In this document: positions 11,494 through 22,759 of the stretch, piece after piece
How positions within the stretch are numbered: position 1 is the first letter of the stretch
Layout of the letters: the number at the start of each line of letters is the position of its first letter
From: Macrostomum hystrix
Taxonomy: Eukaryota > Animalia > Platyhelminthes
Direction of reading: 5' to 3'
DNA: 64,000 nt
NCBI GenBank assembly: GCA_950097015.1
Contig: CATNEN010000025.1
Location: forward strand, 1,426,001-1,490,000
Notes under the pieces: model-generated
The model's database searches: none
Told to the model about the DNA's origin: nothing
The model's input: the letters and a program-made list of their open reading frames with translations, nothing else
Made by a program: the position numbers and the translations under genes

Positions 11494-11898
11494 AGATAAC
11501 GGGCGGATAGCTCAGTCAGTAAGGTGTCGGACTCTGGATCAGATGGTCCTGGGTTCGACTCCCGACCTAGTCTAGAACTATTCGTGCAGCCTTTGGCAAG
11601 CTGCTTTGCCCTGATGTGCACACAGTCTACTCAGCTGCAAATGAGTACCGACATTTCGTCGGGTAATAATAATTCCGGCTGGCGTGGAATAAAGCAGTTC
11701 TGTGCGGCAATTCTGTGGGGTTTGGATGCTGCCGATATGTTTAGAAAAATAAATTCCATTGCTGACACGCGGCTGTCAACCGGTGTCCGAGAGAGCCGGG
11801 GAGTACATTAGGTGTGCAGTCCCCACCTGCTAGTGTGCCTGACACACAACACCTGCACTGGCCCTTGGGTCTAGTGTCAATTATTATATTATTATTAT
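11494..11898 (+). mobile_element. tRNA-derived SINE inserted antisense into the Gypsy RT
   Basis: A box TAGCTCAGTCAGTAAGG, B box GGGTTCGACTCCC, CORE-like block (CAGTCTACTCAGCTGCAAATGAGTACC), (ATT)n tail, 12-bp TSD TAACGACCGAAT (11482-11493 and 11899-11910). Confidence 0.93.
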
Positions 11899-13604
11899 TA
11901 ACGACCGAATGGCGTGTGAAACGTTGTGAGGAACGAACTCTGCTCATCTAGCTTGAGCTGATGGAAACTCTCGTTGGCATCGAATGTACTGAACACCATG
12001 GCTCCAGCCGTCGCCATCCGAACTTCCTCCGCCGTTGGAATCGGGTGATATTCGCGGATGATGAACTGGTTCAGGTATGTAGGATCAAGGCATAGGCGCA
12101 TCGAGCCGTCCTTCTTCCAGACAATGGTGACGTTTGACACCCATTGAGTCGGCTCGTCTACTCGAACAATAGTCCCATCTCTCTCCAGGCGCTCCAGCTC
12201 GCACTTCAATGGCTGATAGGCCGCGAATGGAACCTTTCGTGGCGGCTGGACTTTTGGAGCGGCATTTTCTGTCAGCTGAATTGTGTACTGCTGCTTCATG
12301 CACCCGACACCTTTGAACACAGTCGGATAGTCTGCTATCAGCTGACTGCTAGTGATCTGAGACTGGTGAGGTTTCTCTACTTTGCTGACATTGGGTGGGC
12401 TCTTGTTTATGGCAAAAAGCTTCTTGATGAGATGCAACTCATGCAGTGCTGACTTCCAGCCAATGATCGGAGTCGCGTTTTCTCCAACGACTACAAACTG
12501 AAGTTTCACGTTTTTCTGACACGGAGACGATACTGTCAGGTGAGTCAGGCCGATGACATCCAGCTGCTGTCTGTTGTAGGTAGTGAGCGTCCAGGTTGTG
12601 GGTTCGATTTCAGCCGCAGGAGCGAACTTGATCAGGCATCGTAGCGGAACAACGTTGACATCTGCCCCTGTGTCGACCTTAAACTGGAGCTTCCGGCCAG
12701 AATCCTTCGCCGTGAGACTCACCATCATTGTTGTGTAGTCATGCAGACGCTGACCTTCAGGTGTCTCAACTGTCATCACTTTCGCTGGTGTTGCTTCTTG
12801 GTCTGCGCAATCCAGCTGCTGCTTGTCCTCCTGGAGCTCGTTGACCTTCTTTGAGGACCGGCACATTGACGAGAAGTGGTTCAGACGACCACAGCTGTTA
12901 CACTTCCTACCGAAAGCTGGGCATTTTCTCCGCTCGTGCTGCAGTCCGCAGAAGCCACAGCCGCGGCCTGAAGGCGGTTTTGGAGGCCCAGCTAGTGCTC
13001 GGGGTCGACTTTGGACAGCATCCACCGTTGACGGCTGAGCTCGGCTGCTCTGAGTTGTCAGCATAGCGCTCGCCTGTCGCTTTGACGTCTCCGAAGCTCG
13101 CCCCATCTGAATTGCACGGTTGAGTGTCAGGTTGGACTCACGCAGTAGTCTCTCTTTAAGCGCTGGGTCGCCAACTCCCATCACGATCTGGTCGCGGATG
13201 ACGCTGTCGCTGACTGACTCGCCGTTGGCCGGTGTCCCGTAGTTGCACCTGGTCACGAGCTGTCGCAGAGAGGCGACGAACTGATCGAAGTCCTCTGACT
13301 CCTTCTGCACTCTGGTCCTGAACAGGTAGCGATCGAAGGTCTCATTGCTCATTGGCTCACAGTAGTTCTTGAATTGATTGAGAACCCCGACGTATGTAGT
13401 CACTTCGGCGGACGGGAAGGTGGAGAACACGTCTTGTCCTTCTGATCCGAGCGCGGTCAGCACGATTGCAATCTTGACCTCTTCGCTCTCCTCCGTCTTC
13501 TTGGTTGCCTTCATGTAGAAGTCGATCGCTTTGCTCCATTTTCTCCAGTTGTCTGCGCGATTGGCATCAAAAACTATCGGCTCTGGAGGCCTCAGTCCAT
13601 CCAT
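11899..13604 (-). CDS. Gag-protease-RT(N) part of the Gypsy polyprotein
   Basis: CCHC knuckle CNSCGRLNHFSSMC, aspartic protease FKVDTGADVNV, RT N-terminal motifs (WVSNVTIVWKKDGSMRLCLD, FSTFDANESFHQ, TTFHTPFGR). Cut at the SINE insertion. Confidence 0.93.
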
Positions 13605-13655
13605 TAGCTAGCTTGCTTGGCTATTGGGCAAAAGTGCTTTATGCTTGCGACGACA

Positions 13656-13846
13656 TGTTAAGTTGGAACAAGCGAGACATTTAGGCACGACAAAACTCTT
13701 AAGGCCCAAGTTGGCCAAAGTGAGAATTATATATTGTCAAGCGATGCGAGTTGAATTGTACACTTAGGCATTGTACAGTGTGGCATGTACATAGAGCAAG
13801 TTAGCATATTGATTTAGTAATGGATTATAAAACGCGACACACAACA
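13656..13846 (-). repeat. 5' LTR of the Gypsy element
   Basis: Identical to 8400-8590 by eye. Confidence 0.95.
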
Positions 13847-15610
13847 GAAGTAACTTAGAAGCCATACTTAATTTTAAAATAGGTTAGGCAGAAAATATAA
13901 GGAGCATTGTTTGCTCGAATAATAAGAAGCAAGTTGTATTGAATTTACTTTTTATAACATTTATAATCAATATTTATCATTGGGGCATTGCCGAACAGAA
14001 TCAAACAACAAAAAATCATAATCATGGTCGTGTATGTTTAATAAGTTTATTTTTTGTCTTCCTGTCATTTGTAAGACTGCATATTTTTGCTAATATTTTT
14101 GGTTAAAAACTAATACTTTAGTTGGAAATGTATAGTTTGTGATTTAAATCCATAATTATTGATGAATAACTGAAGGCAATGACATGTGACATCACTGACA
14201 TACAGAACTTATTTTAACAGTATATCAATATAATCATAATATAATATAACATAATATAATCATCGAAATTGACGAGACCTAATAAAAGTATTCCCGTTAA
14301 AAGCACATCAAAGAATAAACTAATCTAATCAAAAATGGCTAAAAATTGTTATTTCATGTATTGCCTATATGTGTATCTTAAAAAAGGCAAGAACTGAAGA
14401 AGTGATTATTTTATTGTAATTATTTTCGATTTAGGCATTTAAATTGCGTATTCAATTCGACAATTGACTTGCTGATGAGTAATTAGAATTTTATAAATGT
14501 TTTCAATGCAATAGAACTTATGCCATGCTCGAAATATACTATCGATCATTTTGTGATGCTCCGCCCTTAATTCTCCGAGCTCATAAAAAGATGATAAAAA
14601 TGCGTGGTTGTAGAGAGTATCGATATCACAATGCGGAGGAAAGCCTATTGATACTATCTGGGTATTTTTTACCCAGGCGCAGGGTACGTTTTAAAAATCT
14701 GAAATATTCTAATTAACCACGTTTATAATATTACGAATATATTGCAAATTGTATTTAAAAATATTGTATAAAATGTGTTGAATATCTTATCTTAAAACTT
14801 GACACAGTAAACAGTAAGATGCAAGATGATATCAAATATGCCAGCCATTTTTATATGCGCGCTTTAAAGCACTTTTGATATAAATAAAATAAACTTTTGC
14901 GCATTATTGTTAGTTAGAAAAAAAACAATTTGTTTTTATGCCTGAACGAGCGCTGTTGCAATCTCCGGACGACTATAGAAAATAAATGCTGCTGAAATTT
15001 AAAAATAAAATAGTAAGTTGCGAAATCCGAAATTGAGCTACTTCAGTTTTTAGATCAACCAAAAATGGCTTGATTTTTGCGCACACAATTATAAAGCCAT
15101 CATTTTGGGTACATTTCCATGTAATTCCAACGAACGCATGAAAAGTTATGTGCAATTCTTTAAAACTGTAACAATTCAATGATATATTAAAAACTTGACG
15201 ACATTATTGCTAAAAATGACATCCTAATATAGACTTTTAAGAAATAATAACTGTATCGCTTGGTAATAGACCACGCTGACTTTCACAAAACAACTTTAGG
15301 GGTGTACACGATGTCGCGGTGACTTAATTAATTAAAGAGTAAAAAATATATTTTTTACCTAGCGAGGTGTTACTTAGGATACTTTATTATTTCTCGATGT
15401 ACGATTAAACAGTCTAATTCCAAATATATTTTCGTTTAATTGGATTATACATTTGTTGTATTCGTGAAATTGTAAAGGAACAGTAAAAATGAACTTAAAA
15501 TTCTTAGTGCGTACCGGGACTACTAAATGCCCTATATTTAGTATTTAGCGCATTTATTGTAAGAAATAAATACAGTTTACTAAACAATCAACACGGCAAA
15601 AAAGTTTATT

Positions 15611-15690
15611 TGGCAGCGGTGGGATTCGAACCCACGCCCTTTCGGACTGGTGCCTTAAACCAGCGCCTTAGACCGCTCGGCCACGCTACC
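15611..15690 (-). tRNA. tRNA-Leu (anticodon AAG)
   Basis: Reverse complement GGTAGCGTGGCCGAGCGGTCTAAGGCGCTGGTTTAAGGCACCAGTCCGAAAGGGCGTGGGTTCGAATCCCACCGCTGCCA: full cloverleaf, long variable arm, intact A and B boxes, T-run terminator just downstream. Confidence 0.97.
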
Positions 15691-16632
15691 CCTAACAGAA
15701 TTGGCGCTCAGTGGTCGATCATAGCCATGATATCTCACTGCATGCGTACTCATGATTTTTGAAACAGCTTATCGTATTAAGTCTTAAGGTTCTGAAGAAA
15801 TGGTAAGCATATAAGATAAGAAAAAGAAAAATTTCGATTAAACATACGAGATATATATATCGTAGTTGGCGGACATACAATATGCGTATCTTTTTTAGGA
15901 ATTCCCCATTCTATATTCCAGCAGCACGGATTCCAAATGACTACAATTCATGAAATGGAGTATATAATAAGTAAGAACTAGCATTTTTTATTATTTTTTC
16001 TCAGTAGTAAATTTGAATCTTTTATTTTTTGTTGAGTGTATAAAAAAACAACAACAGAAGCTAATTGTACTTTTTAATGTCACTGAATTAAGCAGAGTTT
16101 AACAGAATTATAGCCATTATCGATCAATTTCATATAAAAATATACACTTTTTGGTAAAACAAGCACTGTTTTTTTACTTTGTTATGTTAATATTAGCAGA
16201 GTCGCTTCGAATGGTTTCAAAATTAAACAATAAACTTCTTTCATATTTTAGGACTGACTTAACATAATCAAAACAGGCAAATCCGGAATGTATCTAAATC
16301 CACTGTTATCACAGTTTCTAGTTTTCTGTTTGTTGTTAACGTTTTGTTACAAAGGAAATATGATTTTGCAGCGCATTGGAAAAAAAGAATTGAGAAAGGC
16401 AGCTTGCAGCTTTCTGAAAACTGTTCGGAAAATAAATCTTGCAATTTTAATTGCTTCTGTTCACCAAAGTTTAAAAAACATATTTATTCTATGCATTTAG
16501 CGAGCTCAATTAAAAACAAATAGGCATGCGTGATTTAGGAACCCATTGTGGTCAGTTTTCGAGATATTTAGCATCGATCATGTTCAAGGCATAGTTAGTG
16601 GCTGGTCTAGGGTGTCAAGGTCCGCAGCCGAC

Positions 16633-19600
16633 TCACTGCCGTCTGCTGCGGCTGGCCGTCGAAGAGGTGGAGCTCCTGCGAGACACCGGCTGTGAGCCGG
16701 ACGGTGATTTTGGCAGCTCCGTGCCGATGTTGACGCGCCCGGGCACAGCCGTGGCCACGGCCCCTGTTGGAGTGGCCGAGCCGCGCGACGCCATCGAGGC
16801 TACTGAGGATCTGGCGCTGGAACGCACGCTTGAGCGGGCCGACGACTCGGCCGAGGCGCTACCGGGCATTCCTGCGCCGGCCGTGGGCAGCGGCACGCCG
16901 CTCTGCTGCATGTAGCTCTCGGCCGTCCCCGCCACCTCTTCGCCGGCCGCCTGGGCGACGCGCATCACCTCGGAGGCGACTCGTCTGTTGAACTCGCGCA
17001 GCTCGCGCAGTTCAATGTCCGCCTCGACCGGAGCCGGCACGGAGGGACCCTTGGCACGCGCGATCGCTTTGTCGGCGCGTTCCAGCTTGGCCTAATAAAG
17101 CGCGGGTTTATTGATGCCAAACTGAACAACAAGAAACAATACGAGTATATCTGTTAAACTGTGCAAAGGAGTTGAGCCTCACCTGATGCTCAGAACGCTC
17201 GCGCTCGCGCTGTCCGACGAGCTGCTCAAGTTGCCCCACCTGCTCTCTGTACAAAGCGTCGTCCTTGCCCAGATTCTCCAGCGCCTCCTGCATCGTTTGC
17301 AACTCCTCCTCCATCTCGCGAATCTGACGACGCTTCGCTTTGTACTTGTCAGTGACCGCGCGCATCTGCTGCTCCAGCTGCTCTCGCTGCGCCGCCTCGT
17401 CGCTAGCTGGCCCAACCTTGCTGAACGTCTGGCGGTAGTTCTCATTGCACGAGTTCATCAGGCGCAGCGTGTTCTCCAGGGCGCGGCACTCCTTTTCGGC
17501 CTTGCGTATCTGAGCGTCGAGTTGATCGCCGCGTCGCTGCAACTCCTCGCGATCCTGAGCGGCCTTGATTACGTAATAGGCCTGCGAACGCTCCTCTTCG
17601 CCTTCGGGCGGTGCCATTGATACCATGAGGATCTCATAGCGCTTCTCCAGCTTATCGATCTTCGCCTCGCGCTCGTGCAGCTCCGAAGAAACCTGCTGGC
17701 GCTCGTCATCCGCTGCGCGAATCTGCGCCTGCAACATCTCCTTGTGGATGCTGATCTCTTCACGACGCTCCTTCATTGCCGTTTCGAACTGCAGCTTCCG
17801 CTTATCTTCTGATACCACCCGGTCGGCGCGGTTATTCAACTGGTCGCGCAGTCGCTTCACCTCCAGTCGCATCAGGTTTTCGTCAACCATGACGCTCTGT
17901 CGTTCCTGCACGATGCGGCTGGCCTCGCGCATAGAGTTCTCATTGTGAAGGCTTAGCTCGTCAATCTTGGTGCTTAGATCGGTCTTCTCGAGCCGTGTCT
18001 TGTCCATGTCCCGCTTGCAGCGTCGGATTTCGTCTTGCAGTTGCCTCAGCTGGCCGCTCAGCGTAGTGGCCACCTGGACGCGCTGGTCCAGGTCGGCCGT
18101 GAGCTCTTTGATTCGGGCCTCAAGAGCAACCTTCTCGTCGCTGTTGGTTTCGCCGCTCATTCGGCTGATGCGACGCTGCAGCTGCTGGATGGAGAAGTCC
18201 TGATTGTACAGAATCTCCTGTTGCTTCAGCAGATCGTGGTCAAGCTTTGCAATCTTGGCGTTAAGATTCCTGAGCGCGGCTCGGCTGCCCATGATGGTCG
18301 CCTCGGACATGCGCTCCTCAGTCTTGGCGTCGTGCAGCTGCTGGGCACTGCGAAACTGCTGCTCCCGGAGACTCTTCAACTCCTTCTCCATCTCGCGCTG
18401 GGCGTCCTCCTCCGATTTCATCAGCTTGTCCATGTTGACCGCCTGCTCCTCCGCTGTCAGGCGATCGTTCTGCACCCGCTTGAGTTGGTCCTCCAGCCCG
18501 AAACGCTCGTTGGAAGCCACCTCCAGTCGAGACTTCTTGGCCACTGTTTCCGACTGAAAAGCGTTGTAAACTAGCTTTAGTTTTCCCATATGAGCAAAAT
18601 GAAAAGCAAAATCTATATCTATAAAAGTGAATGCTATATAAAGATGAAAATTGGAATTGGAATGAAAATCACCCACTTTTAGATGGGTGATTTCACTACG
18701 CGCCAACTCCAGGTCCCTATTGGTGCGATCGACGGTTCGCTTCAGCGAGTCCAGTTCGTTCTGAAAATTGGCCCGCTGCACCTCCACCTCCTGGTACTCT
18801 AGCCGGATCTTAGCCGCGTTTCTCTCCGCAACGCCAATTCGCTTCTCCATCTCGGTGTTGTTGTCCTTCTCGCTGTCCAGGAAGTTTTGCTTCTCCTTGA
18901 TCAGCTCCTCCTTCTCGCGGCAGAGCTGCTTCGCCCTGGCCAGCTGGGCGGCCAGCAGCTCGATCTCCTTGTCTCTCGTCTCCATTCGCTTGATGGTGCC
19001 TTCCCACTGGCGAATGAGGTCTTGGCGCTCCTGGTGCGCCTGGCGGAACTGCTCGGCAGCCTTATCGAGCTCCACCTGGGTAGTCTGCGTTTCGATCACC
19101 AAATTATCCAGGCGAACTTTCTTTGTGTTTCTCTCATCAGTCAGTCGCTCTAGCTGAAGGCTGAGCTCGCGTATCTTGCTTTCATCCTGGCGCGTGTACT
19201 TTTGCAGCGCCAGCGAGTCTTCGGTCTTCTTTTCGCTCTCCTCAAGCCACGCCTCCAGCGCCTGCTGGTTCCAGTTCATCTGGGCCTTCATCTCCTCCAA
19301 CTGGGCCGTCTGCTTGAAGATGTTGTTTTCCAGCTGGTTCTTTGTAGCCTTGCTGTTGCTGATCTCCTTGTCCAACCGGCGAATCTCCTGGTTTAGGCGC
19401 CCCTCCTCGCGCTCGGAAACTTTTGTGATGTGCCGCTCAGTATCGACCTCGTGAACCCGGGCTTGGAATAGTGCTTGCGTCTGGCTGAGCTCCTGTCGCA
19501 CGTTCTTAATGTGCGCATCTAACGCGTTGATCTTGTCGTCAAGGTGCTCAATTTCATTGCCGGCCAACGTGCCCGCCTTGTTCAGGCTTTCGACCTGGGC

Positions 19601-20690
19601 AAATGAGTGAATTGAAATTTGCGAAAAGTGGTCGTTTTGAGTAACATATGTTTAAACAATTTTTAATAAATTGTACTTTTAGGAAGAACAATGAAACTTT
19701 AAGTATGAATTCTTAATTAAAAATATCCCTCAAAATATTTTCTAGATAGCCAAATAAAAGAAAATTTCGATATGCTAGATAAAAAAAGGTTTTTTGCCTT
19801 TGCCTTTATCAACTTATTCTTTAGCAACGATTTGGGCTTCATTCATTTTCGAAAGTGACACATGCCTCATTCATTTTTTAACAAAGATGTAAAAGTAAAC
19901 AAATAAAACATACATATTAAACAACTATGTTCGTTTTTTATATTAAATATACTACATTACCTAAAACATAGCTTTTTCTGAAGTAAATGAATATGGTGTC
20001 GCTCTGTAAAAAACACTGCAAAGTGACTGATCAAAGCATCATTGCTTTAAATTAATTTATTTTAATAAAAACTGAATTTAGTTTCTTTATAGAATAGGGC
20101 ATTGCATTTTTTAGGTTAATTGAAGTCAATTTCAATGCATAGTTGAACTGAAATACTAGTTTTTATACTGTGGTTAAATTATAAAGATACTGATAATACT
20201 TAGTCTTTTTGTTTTCTTTGATTACAGAAGATTTTCCTGAAATTAAAAAATAACTCTGTAGATTCTCATTCAAAGTAGACCATTTAATAGAATTAAATTA
20301 ACAGTAAAAATAAAATAAGAACAGCTAGCTATATGAGTATTGCATTAAGTTGTAGTTGTATATTTATAATATTATATAATATAATATATTATAAATATAA
20401 TATTAGACTCAAAACTCAAAACTCTGCTTTTAAGCTTGCTTTGTAGCTATTTGAACATGGGGTATTATCAAATCTTCTAGAGTAAAAACTTATGTCAGAA
20501 GAAGTCACCAGACGCAGGAAAATGGTCACTTATTGTTTTGTTCCAAAGAAATTTAAGAAGTGGAACAGAATTAACAACTCACCAGAGAAATGAGGCGCTT
20601 GTTGTCATCATTAGCCACCGGAATTGCTAGTCCATCATCCCATTCTAGCTCTTGTAGAATGGAATTCACTGCAGAATTCCTGTTACTCAT
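16633..20690 (-). CDS. CCDC39: Coiled-coil domain-containing protein 39 (axonemal 96-nm ruler); exons 20690-20583, 19594-18677, 18553-17183, 17091-16633
   Basis: N-terminus ILQELEWDDGLAIPVANDDNKRL matches CCDC39 ([20 protein letters not shown]). Also MAPPEGEEERSQAYYVIKAAQDREELQRRGDQLDAQIRKAEKECRALENTL and QEILYNQDFSIQQLQRRISR. Junctions are GT-AG and phase-consistent. Confidence 0.93.
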
Positions 20691-21589
20691 GATGGTGAAA
20701 ACAGAAGGATAAAAATAATCGGAATGTTGAAGTTCGTAAAAGCGATAGTTTGCTTCACAATGAAAGCCAATCTTTTTAATAAAAAAGTAGCTTACATATT
20801 TTAGTTTTAGCTTTAAAAAATATTTAAAAAGCTGAGTTTTTACATCGTTTGCATCAAAAAAGAGTACTGTGATTTTTATTTTGTTATATATAATTTTAAA
20901 CGGCTTGAAATTTTTCTAAATACGACGTTTCTGAAAGTACGCAAAGGACCACTAGAAGAAGATGGTCTTCTTCTAGTGGTCCTTGAAAGTACGACGATCG
21001 ACTGCCGTACAATTGAAGCCGTATTTGTACTTCATCTTGTGTTTGCTGGGCTACAGCCACTAGCTTGAGCCGGATTGGACCACTCAGGCCTCTCAACGAC
21101 CACCACCAACAGTGTAAAATTACTAGCTCAAGGACATTTCGATCATTGCAAAGAAAATTGCATGAGCACAAAAAATCAAAACAGACTGAAAATTAATTGG
21201 CAGGACTGGAGTAATAACCTATCATTCTTATTGTTCATGTTACTCACATGCGTAAGGCCGGAAGGCTTGGTTTTTTGTCAGTCGTAAAGAAATTTTCTTA
21301 AAGAAACACTGAGCATTCGTAAAAATTTAAGATGCACAGGTACTGCTCCCAATTTGCTTACACATATGTATTCGTATTTGCGTTTAAAGTAACAGTCTAA
21401 CCTAGCGAAGACATGAAATGAGAGAAGTTATCTTTTCAAATATTTCATTTTATTGTGACTTTCGCGAGACTCATTCCTTATCGTCAGAACGTCAGTAAAG
21501 AATTTTTTTCAAAGTAAAAAAATGCTTAACGAGATGTAATCAACCTGGAATTAAGACTGACCCTGCCAACATCGCTATAAAGCTGGACC

Positions 21590-21680
21590 TTGATTCAGTC
21601 TTGCTGTTTGATTCAGTCTATTGCTGTTTTATTCAGTCTATTGCTGTTTGATTCAGTCTATTGCTTTTTGATTCAGTGTA
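21590..21680 (+). repeat. Short ~20-bp tandem array (TTGATTCAGTCTATTGCTGT x~5)
   Basis: Visible tandem copies. Confidence 0.8.
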
Positions 21681-21682
21681 CT

Positions 21683-21970
21683 GTTGTGCGTTTAGGGCGA
21701 CGGACTCACAGTTTTAAGGTCGATGGTTCGATTCTCGACTCCACGGTAACAATTTGTATCCTTCAGCAAGACACTTAACTCTGCATTGCTTCCGTTCACC
21801 CAGCTATTAAATGGGTATCAGGATTAGCTGAGGTAATTGAGGGTGGGTGTGGTGTCCCCCCAGTCCATGGACTGAAACATGTACGCAGCCTTCAGATGCG
21901 CCGCGCGATTGCTGCGGCTGTGCTGTCGGCTGCACATTTAACCCAATCGCAGCAAGTTTGATCAGTTATT
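21683..21970 (+). mobile_element. tRNA-derived SINE family B (CORE-like central domain)
   Basis: B box GGTTCGATTC, then CAGCAAGACACTTAACTCTGCATTGCTTC...CACCCAGCTATTAAATGGGTA (MIR/CORE-like), palindrome CAGTCCATGGACTG and a GCAGCC...GGCTGC 3' hairpin. Other copies at ~22760, ~48020 and ~57478. Confidence 0.85.
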
Positions 21971-22326
21971 TAAAAATTAATTCATGCTATTGCTATACAT
22001 ATTTAAGGCATTTCGCAATAAATTCAAAAATTAGTTCAGTCTAGTTTAGACAACTTAATTTACAGTTGCAGAGTTCAATCGGTGCAAAACGTGTTTTGAA
22101 GGCTGCCGAGCCACGATAGACAATAGATTACGTAATACACACACTGGCTACAATGCTAGCTACCATACACCTTGTAGCCTGATGTCGTTGGCTTCATCAG
22201 AGTCTCAACAGCAAGAAAAAATGTGAAGTGATGCGCGAAATTTGTGCACCGTGTGACCCCCCCAAAACTCAGGTTGAGAGTGGGGTCACTGCGTCACTTC
22301 TAATCACCGCCTTATAATATCTTCAC

Positions 22327-22334
22327 TATATAAA
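22327..22334 (+). promoter_or_regulatory. TATA box of the small secreted-peptide gene
   Basis: TATATAAA about 90 bp upstream of the ATG at 22425. Confidence 0.55.
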
Positions 22335-22424
22335 GAGCAGAGGTGATGGCGAGAAACCACGATTCACCCGCGCTTCTCAAACCGCAGTCCAAAGTGACCA
22401 GCATCGCCGATCGACTCCGACACG

Positions 22425-22634
22425 ATGAAGCTGCAGCTCGTTGTTCTCGGTCTCCTGCTGTGCAGCTTCGCAGCCCAGACATTTTCCCGGCCCAGCCAGG
22501 CTGACGGTGAGGGCGCGGATCCGCTGGCAGCGCTGGAGGCGCCCCTGGACGACTTGGAGGAGGCGGAGCTGGCAGCCGAGGAGGCGATCGACACCCAGAA
22601 GAAGTGGTGGCGAAGACGAGAGACGAAGAAGTAG
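22425..22634 (+). CDS. Orphan 69-aa secreted peptide precursor (signal peptide, acidic propiece, cationic Trp/Arg C-terminus)
   Basis: GC-rich codon usage like the neighbouring genes, hydrophobic N-terminal signal MKLQLVVLGLLLCSFAAQTFS, upstream TATA box, clean ATG to TAG, no intron. Confidence 0.8.
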   Translation: MKLQLVVLGLLLCSFAAQTFSRPSQADGEGADPLAALEAPLDDLEEAELAAEEAIDTQKKWWRRRETKK

Positions 22635-22759
22635 AACTGTACATCACTGACGCAGGCTCAGACATATCGTTTTTTAACGATTTTACTACCACTAGCAGTA
22701 GTTAAACAGTACTTATACGAATAGTAACATCATTATTTATATTTACGGCATTATAATGA

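Larger units (their letters stand above)
8400..13846 (-). mobile_element. Full-length Ty3/Gypsy LTR retrotransposon (probably Mag-like clade)
   Basis: LTRs at 8400-8590 and 13656-13846 (191 bp, TG...CA ends, identical by eye), 5-bp TSD GAAGT (8395-8399 and 13847-13851), internal gag-PR-RT-RH-IN domain order. Confidence 0.97.

Noticed and set aside
8949-11621. 890-aa ORF start MHIRAKQL... as a separate pol gene
   Set aside because: The first ~43 codons come from the antisense SINE; the true pol is continuous with the gag ORF once the SINE is removed.
13851-15611. tRNA-targeted integration of the Gypsy element
   Set aside because: The insertion is about 1.8 kb from the tRNA and on its 3' side, unlike Ty3-type targeting at the Pol III start site.
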